From Felis catus (lineage: Eukaryota): a stretch of DNA of 64,000 nt. The stretch lies in contig NC_058382.1 of assembly GCF_018350175.1 (NCBI RefSeq), positions 56,918,001 through 56,982,000 of the forward strand, given 5' to 3'. Below the pieces are notes generated by a model, which saw only the letters and a program-made list of their open reading frames with translations, ran no database searches and was not told the origin of the DNA. Below are positions 1 to 11,855 of the stretch, piece by piece (the stretch's first letter is position 1; each line of letters opens with the position of its first letter). Both the position numbers and the translations under genes were made by a program.

Positions 1-268
1 ATATATTTTTATATATATGTTACATAAAATATATATATCATATATATGTTATATATATAAATGTTATATATGTTTTATATATATGTTATATAAATTATAT
101 ATATGTTATATATGTTATATATAATATATGTGTTATATATATGTTATATTTTATATATGTTATAATATATTTTATATATTTTTTAGATATGTTGTATATA
201 ATATATATGTTATATATATTATATATGTGTGTGTTATATATAATATATATGTGTGTAATATACATATA
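1..268. repeat. (TA)n-rich low-complexity microsatellite
   Basis: Almost pure degenerate TA/TATG repeats. Confidence 0.95.
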
Positions 269-903
269 TCCCCAGTCATCTGACTGACTTGAAAAGAGAA
301 TAGTCCGAGGCTAAAAACAGTGGCCATGAGGGGTGGCCATTTTTGCATGCTGCCCAAGGCCTGCCTCATAGCACATATTCCCACTAAACAAAGGCCTAAA
401 GTTCAGTCCCTGTGCTGGGGTTATGCTGCGGGCTCCCACCCAAATCCAGAGCTATGGCTGAGGACTAATAAAGACGTAGACTATAGAACCCCAGGGCAAC
501 ACATGTGGGTCCTGCCCACATTTAGAGTAAATGGATAGTTTGGGTTTGGGTAGTTTTGGGGTTTTTTTGTTTTGTTTTGGGGGGTTTTTTTGGTCTAAGA
601 ATTTATTTTGATTACTTGAACTTGGATTCTTAAGTAAAAATGCTCTGAGCTGATTATTTCTTTTTTTTTTTTTTGTCTTTTTTTCTTTGTTCCAGCTCTA
701 TTAGAGTAGAGCTAACAAATAAAAATTGTATGTATTTAAGATGCAGGGTGTAATGATGTGAGAGTGGATTTTTACATCAGTTTGTTTAGATGTTGAATGT
801 GATCTTTGCAAAGATGGTTTTATCGGTATCATAAATTTGCAGGGGGCAGTTCTTGGTATGCAGTCAGCTCCACAAAATGGGTCCCTTTGAAACAGAGAAT
901 AAT

Positions 904-1300
904 AGCACTGAGCCACAGGACTTCTTGGCGGTGGAATGTTCTATGCGACGCTGCCCAACGCTGTGGCCACTCGCGACATGCGGTTGCTGGACACTTGAGA
1001 TGTGGCTGGCACAACTGAAAACCCAAATTTGGATTTTTATTTGCTATTAATGAATTTAAGCTTAAAATTTTTTTTTAATGTTTATTCATTTTTGAGAGAG
1101 ATGGAGAGACAGAACATTAGTAGGGGAGGGACAGAGAGCGAAGGAGACACAGAATCCGAAGCAGGCCCCGGGCGCTGAGCTGTCAGCACAGAGCCCAATG
1201 CGGGGCTCGAACCCACGGACCGTGAGATCGTGACCTCAGCTGAAGTTGGACGCTTAACCGACTGAGCCACCCAGGTGCCCAAATGAATTTAAGTTTAAAC
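904..1300 (+). mobile_element. MER3-like hAT-Charlie DNA transposon relic, interrupted by a SINE
   Basis: ggaatgttctat...gtggccact...cacttgagatgtggct...ttaatgaatttaa matches the recalled MER3 consensus. Confidence 0.65.
1064..1280 (-). mobile_element. SINEC_Fc (Can-SINE)
   Basis: Reverse-complement SINE head, CT-rich region and A tail. TSD AATGAATTTAAGYTT at 1049-1063 and 1282-1296. Confidence 0.95.
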
Positions 1301-1421
1301 ACTCCCAGGGTTATAAACCAACATGCAATGCCTGTTTGGTGTGGTTTGAGTCACCAAAACCCGACTCTTTTATTCGGGGAAGTCTAACCCTCTCTCACAA
1401 AGGTCCTCTGGTCCCCCACAG

Positions 1422-1640
1422 ATACACACGCCCTGGTAAGCCTCGTCCAAAACCTGAACAAAGCCAACTACCACCTGCCCATCATGGTGACTGACTCAGG
1501 GAAACCGCCCATGACGAACGTCACAGACCTCAGGATACAAGTATGCTCCTGCAAGAACTCCAAAGTGGACTGCAACGCGGCGGGGGCCCTGCACTTCAGC
1601 GCGACCTTGGTCCTGCTCGCCTCTCTCTTCAGTTTGGCCT
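1422..1640 (+). CDS. CDH13: Cadherin-13 (T-cadherin) penultimate coding exon: end of EC5 plus GPI-anchor signal
   Basis: cag|ATACAC...GGCCT|gtaagt, 219 bp. Translates (N)[72 protein letters not shown], recognisably the CDH13 C-terminus. Confidence 0.97.
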
Positions 1641-2499
1641 GTAAGTAGCCCGAATCCAGGGCGCACACGAGTACGAAAACGCAACTTCCCCAAGGCCACT
1701 GCTTCCCGTATATCTGTCAGCATGATTCATCCCAGAGGAAGCATTCGTTCTTGGGTTATGTCCATATAATAGAAAGTATTACATGTAAAAGGGTTCCAGC
1801 CACTCCAAGGAAATGTGTGAAGACGCTCAGTGTAACCCACAGACCGGGTGATGGGAAAAACTTCCTGCCAGTGCCACTGAACTTGGGCTAATAAGAATGC
1901 GCCGCGTTAGGTCTTCGGTCCGGCAGGGCCTCATTCCTCTCTGCAGTGTGCAGAATTCTCTTTTGCAAGGTTGAAGTAGGTATCGCGCCTTTTTAAGAGC
2001 AGTCATGAGAATCCATGGATGGAGCCTGGGCCATAGGAAAGTAGAGAAATGCGTATTGCACGCATATTTTCACTGACTGGTGGTGATCTCTGCACTATAA
2101 TGATGTATTATTTTAAACAAATGAATGGTTTGGCCGAGTAATATAAATGTGAGCATTAAATGAATAGATGTATGTCTCAAATATTTCCTTTGCATGGAAT
2201 GCTCTCCAACATAAACCTTAGCAATCATTCACATACAGGTAATGCCATTCAGATCCACTCGGGCTCTGGCATTTATATTTGGAGGAAGTTATCAGGTGGT
2301 TGTGAATTAGGAACTTGAGAAATTGATGGTTAGGAGAAAAAGCCCCAGAAGTTACTACATCCTGGTGACAGTGGTAAGTGGGGTCAACAGGAAGTTACAC
2401 ATTCCAACATCAGACATTTACTCTGTATAAAGCTCTGTGCTGAGCCAGCATCCTGGAGGCAGAACCAAGGAGAACATCTTACAATGAGAAGTGTCTCAT

Positions 2500-2555
2500 T
2501 GGATGGATGGATGGATGGATGGATGGATGGATGGATGGAAGGAAGGATAGATGGA
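2500..2555. repeat. (GGAT)n microsatellite
   Basis: Direct reading. Confidence 0.95.
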
Positions 2556-2728
2556 AGAAAATATATTCTCTTTCTTTTCTTCTTTCTTCTTCCTTTTTAT
2601 TCAAGAAATAAAATATTATAGGTAAAGGTGAAACCCCCTTTTTTCTCCCGTTTCACTTCCTATTCTCTCTCCCCAGAAAAAATACTATCTTGACTTAGAG
2701 TGTGTCCAGATGTTAGTTTATACATTTA

Positions 2729-2730
<2 letters not shown>

Positions 2731-2768
<38 letters not shown>
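2731..2768. repeat. (CA)n microsatellite
   Basis: Direct reading. Confidence 0.97.
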
Positions 2769-2770
<2 letters not shown>

Positions 2771-2900
2771 CACTTATAGTTCTATTGTGTGTAGTTTGTA
2801 AAACCTTATGTAATTCATATTATACTGAGCATGATATTCTGTGACTTGCCTTTGTTCCTCCCCACATTACCTTTCCAAGATCCATCTACGTTAGTCTCGT

Positions 2901-3345
2901 TTGGGGGTTGGCACACTTTTACCCCAAAGGGCTGGGCGGCAAATATTTTGGGCTCTGTGGACCACATCAGATCTTTGTCACTTACCCTTTTGTTGTTGTT
3001 ATTTTGTTTTTTACCACTTTTTAAAAGAGTGAAAAACATTTTTCAGAGCTTATTTATTTTGAGAGACAGAGCGTCACAGAAGGGGCAGAGAGAGAGAGCA
3101 CGTGCACGCATCGGAGGTGCAGAGAGAGGCAGAGAAAGAGCATCCCAAGCAGGTTCCACAGTGTCCACCCAGAGCCCAACATGGGGCTCAAACCCACAAG
3201 CCACGAGATCGTGACCGCAGCCAAAACCAAGAGTCCACTGCTTACCCAGCTGAGCCAGCCAGGCACAACAAAAGTTTGAGACACAGTCTTAGCTCTAGAG
3301 CCACACAAACACACTGTGGCCCAACGGCCATAGTCACCCCTGCCC
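2901..3345 (+). mobile_element. MER58C-like DNA transposon relic split by a SINE
   Basis: ggggttggcacacttttt...aaagggc...aaatattttgggct...tcttagctc...gcccaacggccatagtcacccctg resembles MER58 ends. Confidence 0.6.
3035..3266 (-). mobile_element. SINEC (Can-SINE)
   Basis: Reverse-complement SINE body (gagagagc...cccaagcagg...tgagccagccaggcac). Confidence 0.9.
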
Positions 3346-3834
3346 TAGTGCATTCATTCCAACTGCTAGACAGGATCCGTCGGATGAATCCTGCGGAGCG
3401 TACTCCTCAATCAGCAGACACGCCATGATTACTTACGGTGCCCTTCTACAATCGACGCTATTGCAGGAATCTGGAATCTGTTTTCCACCAGCTTCTCAAG
3501 GGAGTGGTAGGCAGACGGCAAGCCCCGCGCTGGGTCTGGTTTCGAGGCAGAATTGGAACTCACATCTAGCAGAGCCTGGATAAACTAGCAAGGAGTAGTT
3601 CGCGTGTGATGGTAAAGAAAAAAGTGTTGTGTGGGTGCATGTGGGTGTGTACACAGAGAGGAGAGAAAATAATTGAGTGGCCACTCACACACATCACCCG
3701 CCATAAACCCAGTTACACGATAGCAAAGCCTGACTCTCGATGACGTTGCTTTGAAGAACCAAGGCACATGGCAGGATGCTGTTCACTCATCAGCTACTCT
3801 AGACTGCCAGGGGGGTTTTAAAATGGAGACTTCC

Positions 3835-4026
3835 GGGGTGCCTGGGGGGCTCAGTTGGTTACGTGTCCGACTTCGGCTCAGGTCATGATCTCACGGTTCG
3901 TGAGTTTGAGCCCCACGTCGGGCTCTGTGCTGACAGCTCTGAGCCTGGAGCCTGCTTCGGATTCCATGCCTCTCCCTGACTTGTGCTCTGTCTCTCTCTC
4001 AAAAATAAAATAAATGTTTAAAAAAA
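3835..4026 (+). mobile_element. SINEC_Fc; 5' member of the composite insertion
   Basis: ggggtgcctggggggctcagttggtt head, CT region and A-rich tail. Confidence 0.95.
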
Positions 4027-4033
4027 TGTTTTG

Positions 4034-5376
4034 GAGCAATCCTAAAATTTGTATGGAACCACAAAAGACCCCAAATAGCCAAAGTAACATTGAAGAAGAC
4101 CAAAGTGGGAGGCATCACAATCCCAGACTTTAGCCTCAGCTACAAAGCTGTAACCATCAAGACAGCATGATATTGGCACAAAAACAGACACATAGACCAA
4201 TGGAATAGAATAGAAACCCCAGAACTAGACCCACAAAAGTATGGCCAACTAATCTTTGACAAAGCAGGAAAGAATATCCAGTGGAAAAAAAGACGATCTC
4301 TTTAACAAATGGTGCTGGGAGAACTGAACAGCAACATGAAGAAGAATGAAACTAGACCACTTTCTTACACCATTCACAAAAATAAACTCAAAATGGATGA
4401 AGGACCTGAATGTGAGACAGGAAACCATCAAAACCCTAGAGGAGAAAGCAGGAAAAAACGTCTCTGACCTCAGTCTCAGCAATTTCTTACTTGACACATC
4501 TCCAAAGACAAGGGCATTAAAAGCAAAAACGAACTACTGGGACCTCATGAAGATAAAAAGCTTCTGCACTGCAAAGGAAACAATCAACAAAACTAAAAGG
4601 CAACCCACGGAATAGGAAAAGATATTTGCAAAGGACATATCAGACAAAGGGCTAGTATCCAAAATCCATAAAGAACTCACCAAACTCCACACCCAAAAAA
4701 CAAATAATCCAATGAAGAAATGGGCAGAAAACATCAATAGACACTTCTCTAAAGAAGACATCCAGATGGCCAACAGGCACATGAAAAGATGCTCAACGTC
4801 GCTCCTCATCAGGGAAATACAAATCAAAACCACACTCAGATACCACCTGACGCCAGTCAGAGTGGCTAAAACGAACAAACCAGGTAACTACAGATGCTGG
4901 AGAGGATGTGGAGAAACGGGAACCCTCTTGCACTGTTGGTGGGAATGCAAACTGGTGCAGCCGCTCTGGAAAACAGTGTGGAGGGTCCTCAAAAAATTAA
5001 AAATAGATCTACCCTATGACCCAGCAATAGCACTCCTAGGAATTTACCCAAGGGATACAGGAGTGCTGATGCATAGGGGCACTTGTACCCCAATGTTTAT
5101 AGCAGCACTTTCAACAGTAGCCAAATATGGAAAGAGCCTAAGTGTCCATCAACTGATGAATGATAAAGAAATTCTGGTTTATATACACAATGGAATACTA
5201 CATGGCAATGAGAAAGAATGAAATCTGGCCTTTTGTACCACGTGGATGGAACTGGAGAGTGTGATGCTAAGTGAAATAAGCCATACAGAGAAAGACAGAT
5301 ACCATATGTTTTTACTCTTATGTGGATCCTGAGGAACTTAACAGAAGACCGTGGGGTTAGGGGAAGGGGGAAAAAA
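4034..5376 (+). mobile_element. L1 (L1_Fc-like) ORF2 3' portion plus start of 3' UTR, disrupted
   Basis: ORF fragments [23 protein letters not shown] and the C-terminal knuckle [18 protein letters not shown]. Contains stops and frameshifts. Ends early in the 3' UTR with no terminal poly(A). Confidence 0.95.
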
Positions 5377-5389
5377 GGGGGGGGGGATC

Positions 5390-6292
5390 CCGACATCCAG
5401 GAGCTCTGACAGGCGCCTTATTCCAGCCACCGCCACTTCCTGCTGCAGTGAAGGGGCAGCTCCGAGTGTGGACCAAACACGAGAGCAAGCTGATGGCACA
5501 TCATCCCGAAAGACGAGGAATCGCTTAGGTGAGTTGTGAGGCCGGCACCTATATTCGGATGCTGTGTGTGCAGCTGGGTTTGTTGTTGGGAATGGGGGGT
5601 CAGATGCAGGAACTTTGGGGGGTTCATACTCTGGTGACAATGGAGTATGACAACGACAAGGATGAGAGCCACGTGCAGTGAGCCATTTACGCTCTGGAAA
5701 ACCCACTGCCTTCTCATAAACGGCCGCTTGTGAAAGACAATGCGAGGAGGGCACTCTGCCGTGGGGCACAGATCACACGTGCAGGTGCCCTCCGATCTGA
5801 GGACGGCGTCACAGTCAATCAGGAGGTGGCGGTCATCACCACCAAGGGGAAGCAGCCTGCACGGCTATGCATCAGTGGCCGCAGCAAGGATCTCCGCCCG
5901 TGACTGTGACACGGCAGCCAAGATCGAGAGAGTCATCATGGAGAGAGACACCGGCCCTTAGAAGTGGGGTTTAGGTCCAATGGCAGGTCAGAAGAGCCTG
6001 ATGGTCAAACAGGGCCTTCTGGATAAGCACGGCAGGCCCACGGGGAGCACGCCTGCCACCTGGAAGCGGGAGCACATGGACCACAGTGAGTCCGCAGAGA
6101 GAGGTACGGGGCAAAGCAGTAAAAGCCCCACGAGGAGGGCCGCCTGGGTGGCTCAGCCTGTTAAGCGTCTGACTCTTGATTTCCGCTCAGGTCATGATCT
6201 CACGGCTCGTGGGTTCAAGCCCCATGTGGGGCTCTGTGCTGATAGAACCTCCTTGGGATTCTCTCTCTCCCTCTCTTTCTGCCCTTCCCCAG

Positions 6293-6353
<61 letters not shown>

Positions 6354-6940
6354 AAAATAGATAAATTTTTTTAAAGCCCCACAAGGAATGGCCAAAGTGG
6401 GGAAAGGCCCAAAGCAGACGGGAGAGCATAAAAGCGACCTCTCTGCATCTGGTCAGGAAGGAAAAGAAGAGTAAGGATAAGAAAGCCCAAGTGGCTCTAG
6501 AGAGTGTGGGCGATCCACGAGATGGGGACAGTGACACCACCAAAAGAAAAGGAAGAAAAAGCAAGAAATAAAAGTAGAAGTGGTTTCTGAGTACTGGAGA
6601 CCACTTGAAGCACTGTGTCCAGTTGGGAGGAGAAATTAAAGCCTTATTGAGAAAACAGAATCGCTTTTTCGTTCTGAACAGGATGGAACCCAGGTCCCAG
6701 AAAGGGTGCGGAGTTCCGGTACATGTTAGCTGTGACCCGAGAACTCAGTGATGTCACCTGCTGTGGTCATCCCATCCCGTCCTGTTTTAAGGCTCTAAGG
6801 GTGAGGGAGGCAGGTTTGATGCCATTGGCTTCTCTGCTTGGGAGAGTTGGGAACGTTCTTTCACACTCAGCACAGCCCAGGAAATATCTGCAGCTGTTTC
6901 CTGATGGCTGTCTTAACATCATAGCTCGCCCCTGGTTTGC
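5390..6940 (+). pseudogene. DKC1: Processed, 5'-truncated dyskerin pseudogene (CDS homology to about 6593, then 3' UTR)
   Basis: Intronless frames read [105 protein letters not shown] and the Lys-rich tail DGDSDTTK...VEVVSE. Multiple stops, frameshifts and deletions. The following sequence resembles the recalled DKC1 3' UTR. Confidence 0.93.
6137..6372 (+). mobile_element. Older SINEC subfamily (ctcttgatttc variant) nested in the DKC1 pseudogene
   Basis: TSD AAAGCCCCACRAGGA at 6122-6136 and 6373-6387; long (CT)n tract. Confidence 0.93.
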
Positions 6941-6963
6941 AAGAACCCACTTACAAAGTGTCT

Positions 6964-7181
6964 GGGGGCGTCTGGGTGACCCAGTCGGTTAAACGTCTGA
7001 CTTCGGCCCAGGTCGTGATCTCATGATCTGTGAGTTCAAGCCTCACGTCGGGCTCTGTGCTGACAGCTCAGAGCCTGGAGCCTGCCTTGGGTTCTGTGTC
7101 TCCCTCTCTCTCTCTGTACCTCCTTTGCTCGCACTCTCTCTCTCAGAAATGAACATTAAAAAAAACTTTTCTTAAAAAACA
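6964..7181 (+). mobile_element. SINEC_Fc; 3' member of the composite insertion
   Basis: gggggcgtctgggtgacccagtcggtt head to A-rich tail, followed by TAAAATGGAGACTTCC. Confidence 0.95.
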
Positions 7182-7597
7182 TAAAATGGAGACTTCCTAC
7201 CTGTGCTTGTTGAAATACACATTCCCAGGGCCATCCAGCCTGTGGAACCAACATCCAAGGTGACAGTGGCCTCCACACAGACCTAGTGTTTGCATATATT
7301 TACACAATATTTTTAATACTAAATACACATGCCTGCTACTCCCAATCCATACATTAAAATCAGTACAACTTAACCTATATGTGTAGATTAAAAGGAATAT
7401 AAATAATGGGGCAGTACTTTCTTCTTATCAACAAGGAATTTTCCTGGGCCCCCTACTTTAGAAACTCAAGGCCTACAGAGGCCATTGGTGAGCAGGTCCC
7501 CAAAGATTGCCCACTTCTCTCTCAGCTGACCGCTAGGATCACAACAACTCCAAGGCGGAATTGCCAGGTAACTCCTAAGAAACTCACATTCATTTTT

Positions 7598-7810
7598 TAA
7601 AAATTTTTTTGAATGTTTATTTATTTTTGAGAGAGAGACAGACTGAAAGCAGGGGAAGGGCAGAGAGAGAGGGAGACACAGAATCCGAAGCAGGCTCCAG
7701 GCTCCAAGCTGTCAGCACAGAGCCCGATGTGGGGCTCGAATCCATGAACTGTGACATCGTGACCTGAGCCGAAGTCGGACGCTCAACCGACGGAGCCACC
7801 CAGGCGCCCC
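7598..7810 (-). mobile_element. SINEC_Fc
   Basis: Ends ccaggcgcccc; diverged TSD aactcacattcatttt / aactcatgttcgtttt. Confidence 0.95.
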
Positions 7811-8558
7811 AGAACTCATGTTCGTTTTATACCCAAAACAGTGTCATCGAGAAAAGACAGATGCGTGCGTACTATGAAATGTCAGGTGTGCTGTTTGTTC
7901 TCACAAAAAGAGCCGTCCTACCTCGCAGCACGCAGCCTCCCCACTGTCGGTGAGGCCCCTGGAAGTAACGTCAAAATCATCCTCAGAAGGGAGCTCTGAA
8001 TCTTTCTCCACAGCTAGAAAGGTACTCGGTTAGCCCTCTGATGTTTTCCACAACCCGGGTAGTATCAGCCCAAAAAAGAGTCAAGAACAGGTATTAGTGC
8101 TCACCTGCTTGACTTCAGAAAGAATCTCTGTCTGTCCCTATATGAAAGGCATAAGGTTATTTAATACTGTTCACTTAATTAGATCCTGCCAAATATAATG
8201 GTTCTTGTGGTATTATATGCCTAGCCAGAGAGGTTCTTCCTGACAAGGACTTTGCTAATAAGATGTCTGAGGAGCTGGGTTAGAGCTAGCAGGAATAAGT
8301 AACCGTGGGGCGTGCCACTCTTTCCTAAGAGCAGAACTCAAAGTGGCCAACCCACCTGTGTAGCTATTAACATGATACTGACAAGAGACTGGACAGAAAT
8401 GGGCCTAAAACACTAAGTTAGGTGGAGGTGGTGGGGGAGTGGTGTTTACAAGCACTCAACTAGATTATAAAGTGCAAGGGTAATAACTTCCTGCCTCAGC
8501 CATAGTCCTTGAAAGAATTTCGGGATCTGGTAGACTCTGCTTGATGTTTCTTTGAATC

Positions 8559-8775
8559 AGGAGCCGGCAAACTACTGTCCAAGGGTCAAACGTGGCCCAA
8601 TTCCTGTTTTTGTAAATAAAGTTTTATTGGAACACAGCCATAGCCGTTCACTTACACGTTGCCTGCCTGCTGCTACAACACGGCAGAGTTGAGCAGGTGC
8701 CACAGAGGCTGTGTGGCCTGCAGAGTGGAGATATTTACCATCTGGCCCCTTACAGGAAAAGTGTGCGAACACCTC
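8559..8775 (-). mobile_element. MER58A DNA transposon
   Basis: ggcaaacta...tttttgtaaataaagttttattggaacacagcca...atatttaccatctggccccttacaggaaaag is diagnostic. Confidence 0.85.
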
Positions 8776-10159
8776 CATTACAGCATTGCTCATAAAACTG
8801 CAGTGAGCTCATCATACAACGTGGCGGGGGATATTTTTTTTTCTCCTCTCCTCAAATAATATTCGGATCCAGGTAGACTAGCATTAACCAAACATCTGAT
8901 GTTCCATGGCTTTTTTGTTTCCTTCATTGGCCTAGAGATTTTATAGATGAGAAGGTGCTCTGAAAGTTCCCCGGGTGAGTAAGCAGTGAGGCCAGCTTCC
9001 ACCATTAGACCGCCTCCTCATGGAAGAAAAGTAATGAAAACATTTCACCTTGTTATGATACCATAGAAGGCTTTATCGCAACGAGAAGTGAACCGAGAGG
9101 TCTGCACTTTCGTCTTTGACGGCTAAAACTGAAGGAAATAAAACTAATGACATTGAAAGTAGTAAAAAATGTAAATGAAATTAATTTTACTGCCAATTTT
9201 GTTGTTGAAGGTATCTGTTGATGGCACCGAAGAGATGCTTAAATGCTCCCCCTAGGACCCTCCCGATGAGGCAAGCTCGCGTCTCCACTAGCCTATGTCT
9301 GGGGGGCGGTTTGCAGGGCTCTGTGTCGTGTGCCACACGACAACTCCAGGGAAGCATATCATCCTCAAAGCCTTTTGAACATTGTTTTAGGCTTAATTAA
9401 TCAGCAATAGCAAGAACATAAAAAGACAGTTCAGGTGAACCATATTAGCAAGTACCAAAATGAAATGTCTCTTCTTTGGCAAGGAGGGGGAATTGAACTG
9501 TAATCTCGATCACAGTGAAGAAGTTGAAAGACGTGACCAAGATGAGCAAAACGGCCACTGACAATACTTTTCATTCTAATGCTTTGTGTTAAGGTGTTCC
9601 TTGGATTCTATAAAATTCACCCATTTTAAGGGTACAGTTGGATGAGTTTTGGTGTAGCCACACCAACAACCAAGGTCCGGCTGGCTTCTTTATGCCCTTT
9701 GTTCTTGATCCCCTCCCCTGAATCCAGACCCCCACTGATCTGCCTTCTCTGAGTGCTTTCTTGCCTTTTCTGGAATTTTCTATAAATGGAATCGTACAGT
9801 CCGTGTCATTGAGTGCATCAATATTTTGTTCCTTTTTATGGTGACATGTGTTATGGGCAGAGACAGGGCCTGGGGAAACACCAAACCCAGATGAAGCAGG
9901 CTGTCCTCTGCCCCCAGGTGGTTCTGAGTCATCTTTGCAGAGGATCTTTGGTCCCTCAAAGCGGTGGGCTCCACGGACAGTGACAGTGGACCTCCTAGGG
10001 CTTCTAAGTGCCACCCACAAACAAAGCCAAGAGCTTCACATAAATTGTGTAGACTATCTTTTGTAATCAAGTCAACAGCCCTCAGAGGTAGGACCCTTCA
10101 TGTGACATTCTAAATTCATTTGAACCGTGAGTGGAGACTTGTTTAATTTAGTGAGGTTT

Positions 10160-10379
10160 AAAAAAAAAAAAAACATTTAATGTTTGTTTATTTTTGAGAC
10201 ACAGAGAGACAGAGAGCAAGCGGGCAAGGGGCAGAAAGAGAGGGAGACAAAATCCGAAGCAGGCTCCAGGCTCTGAGCTGTCAACACAGACCCCGATGCG
10301 GGGCTTGAACTCACGAACCGTGAGATCATGACCTGAGCCGAAGTCAGACGCTTCACTGACTGAGTCACCCAGGTGTTCC
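10160..10379 (-). mobile_element. SINEC_Fc
   Basis: Reverse-complement SINE body. Confidence 0.95.
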
Positions 10380-11199
10380 TAGTGGGTTTTATTCAGTCAA
10401 ATTTGTTTTGTCCTCAATGACCAAAATTATTTTAAGTCATGGTACCACACTGGAAAATATTTTTAAATAAAATTCAGGATGCCATTTAAGCTGTTCCTTT
10501 CGAGTCTTTCTTCAAACGTGGGTGAATCTGCAAATACCATTTGCTCCAGCCTGAGTAACTGGAGTTTAAGATAATGGTGGCAAGGACAGTGAAAAAGCCA
10601 GCCAAAAAGGGAAATTAAATGAGTTGGGGAGATGCCTAACTGCAAAGAAACTCACCCGTCAAACAATGTAAATATCCCTGGGTGTAGGAAGTAACATCCA
10701 AAAACTGCACCCGAATTAGTGTTATTAAAACAGCCTTAACTTTCTCGGTATCATCTTGCTTATATTTGAGTCACATTACAAAGACTTTTATCTGGTTGTA
10801 GAGAAGCTGTTTTAAATTTTCCAAGCAGATAAATGATAGGATTCACCTCTGAAAGCAACGGGGTACAGAATTAGGTGTGTTTTATACCCCAATCAGCTCC
10901 GCGGCACGTTTTGAATGAAAGGGCCCAAGCTTTACGGAATTAATCTACTATATTCTAGCCATCGGTTCATTCCAGCAGGAACTACACTTCTGTCGTAGGT
11001 TGACCTTTACACATTTTTATTTCTTTGATTATATCACGAGTTTTAGTGGTACCATTCCCCTGTACAAACCCAAGATATTATACTAATAATAAAGCAAAAA
11101 CAGCAGAGAACCAAGCTCGTGCTATTATCAGGCAGAGGGGAGACCCAGGCTGGTGTACATCTTAGAGAATAACCACAGTTTTGGTGACAGCAGTACTCT

Positions 11200-11470
11200 C
11201 GGATGAGACAGTCCAGGCCGTGAAGCTGGAGGAAGGGGTCATGAGCCAAATACAGGGGGGCTTCTGGAAGCCGGAAAGGGCAAGGAAGCGGCTTCTCTGC
11301 TGGAGCCCCCAAAAGGAACACAGCTTTGCCAACACCTTGACTCTAGCCCTCTAAGACGCATTTTGGACTTCCGACTTCCAGAACTGGAAGAGACTAAGTT
11401 TTGGTATTTCGAGCCACTAAGCTCTAAGCACTAAGTGGTCTTTTGTCACCACAGCCACGGGAGTCATACG
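11200..11470 (+). mobile_element. MLT1 (ERVL-MaLR) LTR fragment, MLT1D-like
   Basis: ggaaagggcaaggaagcgg...gccaacaccttgact...ttttggacttccgacttccagaact...gagccactaag. Confidence 0.75.
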
Positions 11471-11855
11471 CCGTGTCTGCAGAACCGCTAACAGCTCTCT
11501 CACACTTCTCTGTGACCAAAAATTAATTTCTGGGATGATAATCATCAATCTCTAAGTTACCACGTCAACTTGTCCATAAGACATCCAGGTTCTGGGCTAA
11601 GGCGCAAGGGCTCAACGTCGCAGAGATCGTCACCGCTGGTCAGTCTGAGATGAAGGGCTTGGCATTGGCGTTTTCAGACAGATCCTGCTTTTTAAGACAT
11701 GAACCACCAGAGCTATCCCTTCTCTTCCCCAAGGCAGTGCCGTGTTTATGAATGTGTTTATCACCTCTTATCAGCCATTTATCTCACATTTAGCTAAAAC
11801 GTTTTCAATCAAGTTGCGATATTCCTTGACTTCGCTCTGAATCTTTTCCATTCAG

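Noticed and set aside
1468..1723. Minus-strand ORFs over the CDH13 exon
   Set aside because: Antisense shadows of the real + strand exon; no recognisable product.
4346..5221. L1 ORF2-like ORFs as a functional gene
   Set aside because: 5'-truncated and broken by stops and frameshifts; a retrotransposon relic.
5740..6354. DKC1-like ORFs as a functional retrogene
   Set aside because: N-terminal part missing, multiple stops and frameshifts, and the ORF runs into a SINE (CT)n tract.
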